DNA of 64,000 bases from the human T2T-CHM13v2.0 reference genome, Homo sapiens: the NCBI RefSeq assembly GCF_009914755.1, contig NC_060939.1; one strand, given 5' to 3'. Both the position numbers and the translations under genes were made by a program. How positions within the stretch are numbered: position 1 is the first letter of the stretch; each line of letters starts with the position of its first letter. Positions 58,830 to 64,000 of the stretch are shown here, in pieces. A model generated the notes under the pieces. The model was not told the DNA's origin. It saw only the letters and a list, made by a program, of their open reading frames with translations, and searched no databases.

Positions 58830-58831
<2 letters not shown>

Positions 58832-58867
<36 letters not shown>
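58832..58867 (+). repeat. (TG)18 microsatellite
   Basis: Uninterrupted TG run. Confidence 0.95.
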
Positions 58868-58869
<2 letters not shown>

Positions 58870-60235
58870 CTTTCATGTGTACGATAGAGACACAAAAGAG
58901 ATTTAAGTTCAGTATAACCATGTGGACCAGCCAGATGGGATGTGATCTTCCTAACTAGAAAACGCTGGGTGCCGCCAGCACAGGCACTACTGGGAACCAG
59001 CCTGAATGTTCTTTAGGAGACAACCTCACTGCAGAGGCTGAGGACAGTTGGCTTCTGGTGTTAAGACTTAATCCTTGTGGAGAGGAGTTTGCCTTTCCCA
59101 TCCCTTGCCAAGAAATGCATTGATCTTTAAAGCGGTGCCAGAGTTTCCACAGCTGGGAAGTTTGCACAAAGACAAAGCTCCTATCCACAGGAGGGAACTC
59201 CCTGTAGGAACCCAGGCACTGGACAGCTGGGCAGCAGCATGGCCACCTGAGGGCTCAGTGCAGCTGGGGCCAGATGTGCAGCTCAGATTCGATTCCCACT
59301 GGAGGCCTAATGAAACGTAAAACTGGGAAAAACATTCACGCTGCAGAAGACGGTTTAAGCTACAAATTGAGGCAGCAGAAATAGGGATCTACAAACACCT
59401 GAAAGTACAATGCAAGAGAAAACACTGTCACCATAATACTCATGGCTAAATGGCCCCAGGTCATTGATCCTTCTCACACCCAGTTATGCTATCAAGCCCA
59501 TGCTAGGGTCATAAACACTCTTAATGCACACCTCATGGGTGATAAATGTTGTTATCCAAAGTTGGCAATTAAGGCCTCTCTAGGAACTCAAAATAATCAC
59601 CGTATGTATATTCACTCGGAGGAGTCTGTGGAAATAGAGGCTTTCCCAACATGCTTGCGGGAGAGCAAAGTCATACAAACCCACTGGGAGGGCGGTTTTG
59701 TTTGAATATAAGTGTGAATTTTTATTTCCATTTTTTTAAAGACAGGGTCTCACTTTGTCACCCAGGCTGGAGTGCGGTGGAGTGATCGTGGCTCACTGTC
59801 AACATTACACATTACAAGTGCATTTGCTTTCGACCCCACAGTCCTGCTTCTGAGATTTGTCCTCCAGCCATACCAGTACAAAATGACACTTGAACGAGGT
59901 TATTCTCTGCGACACTGTTTGTGATAGTAAAAGATCAGACCCCAGTGTTCATGTATAGGGGAATGGATAAATACACAAAGGCGCACCCATCAGAGAATGA
60001 ACTATTGTGCAGCTGTAAACCACAGCAAGGAGGCGCTCTCTCTACTGAAATGGCACAAAACAGAAAGCAGAAAGAATAAGAAGTTTGCTAGTGTTTTTAT
60101 AACAAAACACTAGAGGGATGCACAAGAAATAAAAGTGATGGCCTAATGGGGGGTGGAGAAAATGAGGGCAGTTGAAGTGTGTGGGCAAGATTTCCCAATT
60201 GGGCACTGATAAATATCATTGATATCACTGATGTG

Positions 60236-60306
60236 TATATATATATATAATTTATATATATATATAGTATATGTGATATATATATATATATATTTATGTA
60301 TATATC
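60236..60306 (+). repeat. Imperfect (TA)n microsatellite next to an Alu tail
   Basis: Interrupted TATATA runs. Confidence 0.85.
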
Positions 60307-60314
60307 ACATATTC

Positions 60315-61162
<848 letters not shown>

Positions 61163-62199
61163 TTATTTCCCTTGTTTTATATGTGTTCCTCCTTGTACTT
61201 TATTCTCGGACCTTCCATAATATTAGAGCCTTGTGTCATGTCTTTTTTTAGCCTTTTAACATAGAAAAATAATTTTCAAAATTTCCTTGGATAGCGTATT
61301 GAATATAACAAAGGGCTGGAAGGGCAGTGCCACAACTTTGCGACAATGGCACCCTCTTGTGGTACACAGCTAATTCCTGCGAAGTGAGGATTTCTGTTTA
61401 ACCTTGGACTTAAAGAACAATGGTCAGACATTTTACTTTATGGTTAATAATAACCTACTTCTAATTATCGCCTATTCCAGCATTTTCCAAGGTGATACCC
61501 TGGTTCTGGATTTGTGGTTCTCCAGCTGGTGACACTGTAACATGAGAGAAGTTGAATTAAAAGCTGTCGGCTGGAAACTCCCCCTAAACTCTGAGGGAAG
61601 TAGGTAGGTTTAGCAAGCACCCAAGATGATTCTGATACCCAGAGTGGTTTGAGAGCCACAGTCTCTGCTTTCATGTGAGAAATGGGTCAGTTATCTCCCA
61701 ACAGATGCAAACTGTCAGCCAGCGTAAGTTACTGCGCATGGCTGTAGATGCTAGCTGAGAAGCTTTTGTCTTCCTGCATCTGCATGGGTATCTCAAGCTG
61801 CAGAGGAGCTCACCCAGGACAGCTTGTCCGCAGGTCCTTGCTGCCGAAGTCTGAGCCAAATAAGCACTATGTGGCTGTACAAAATCCGGAGTTGTCTGGG
61901 GTGCTCTTGGGCACACTGCCTCCCACAGCATCAAACATGCTCACAATGCAAAAGGTCATCAGAGTGCCTTCCCTCAGCCCGGCAAATCTTGTCCCATGGG
62001 GGCTGGTGGGCATAGAATCTGGGGCAGTGGGAGGAGGGGCCAGGGTTAAAGGTCAGAGAGGTTGTTTACATCACTGGGCTTTCATTAGCCCCCCAACACC
62101 AATGCAAAGGGAATGAGCCCCTCTTCCTCCCCATGAGGGGCTGCTGACCTCTTTGAGACTTCTGTTTTCTTTGCAATTCTCCTAAAACTGCAAACTTTT

Positions 62200-63777
<1,578 letters not shown>

Positions 63778-64000
63778 AAAATGTTTTGTAGAGATGGGAA
63801 ATTTTTGAGTCAATGTTTTACTTGGTTAAAAAAAACGTGTATGCCACTTAGCATTTGTTAACTCAGAAATGAACATTTATGCCACTGAAAAGTATACGTA
63901 ATTTTAAAGTATTTAGTAGTAGTGAGGCCAACTGCTTCACCTATGAGACAGCAAACATCAGAAACAAGGGTGAGAAGCTGTGTCACTTCAGCTAGGGCAC

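Overview
Human (primate) genomic DNA containing the 5' half of CHSY1 (chondroitin sulfate synthase 1; 15q26.3 from recall) on the minus strand. It holds a CpG-island promoter and GC-rich 5' UTR (~53950-55540), coding exon 1 (54147-54466, 320 nt), intron 1 (~15.6 kb), coding exon 2 (38089-38584, 496 nt, DDD motif) and 38 kb of intron 2 running off the left edge. Exon 3 is not in the window. The rest is mostly interspersed repeats (~28 Alus, old L1, L2/MIR, MaLR LTRs, DNA transposons) plus three minisatellites and several short tandem duplications. No prokaryotic-type system (CRISPR etc.) is present, and nearly all other ORFs in the track are repeat- or GC-derived noise. Best leads, all hypotheses: (1) in-frame CUG codons upstream of a (CGG)9 tract that would add a nine-arginine cytosolic extension, in a leader with four uATGs; (2) an exon-2 circRNA predicted to encode a 137-aa junction-spanning product; (3) an intact piggyBac MER85 with the CSB-PGBD3 binding palindrome in intron 1; (4) a graded series of minisatellite births inside old retroelements. 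Repeat family names and boundaries were assigned by eye from remembered consensus sequences and are approximate.
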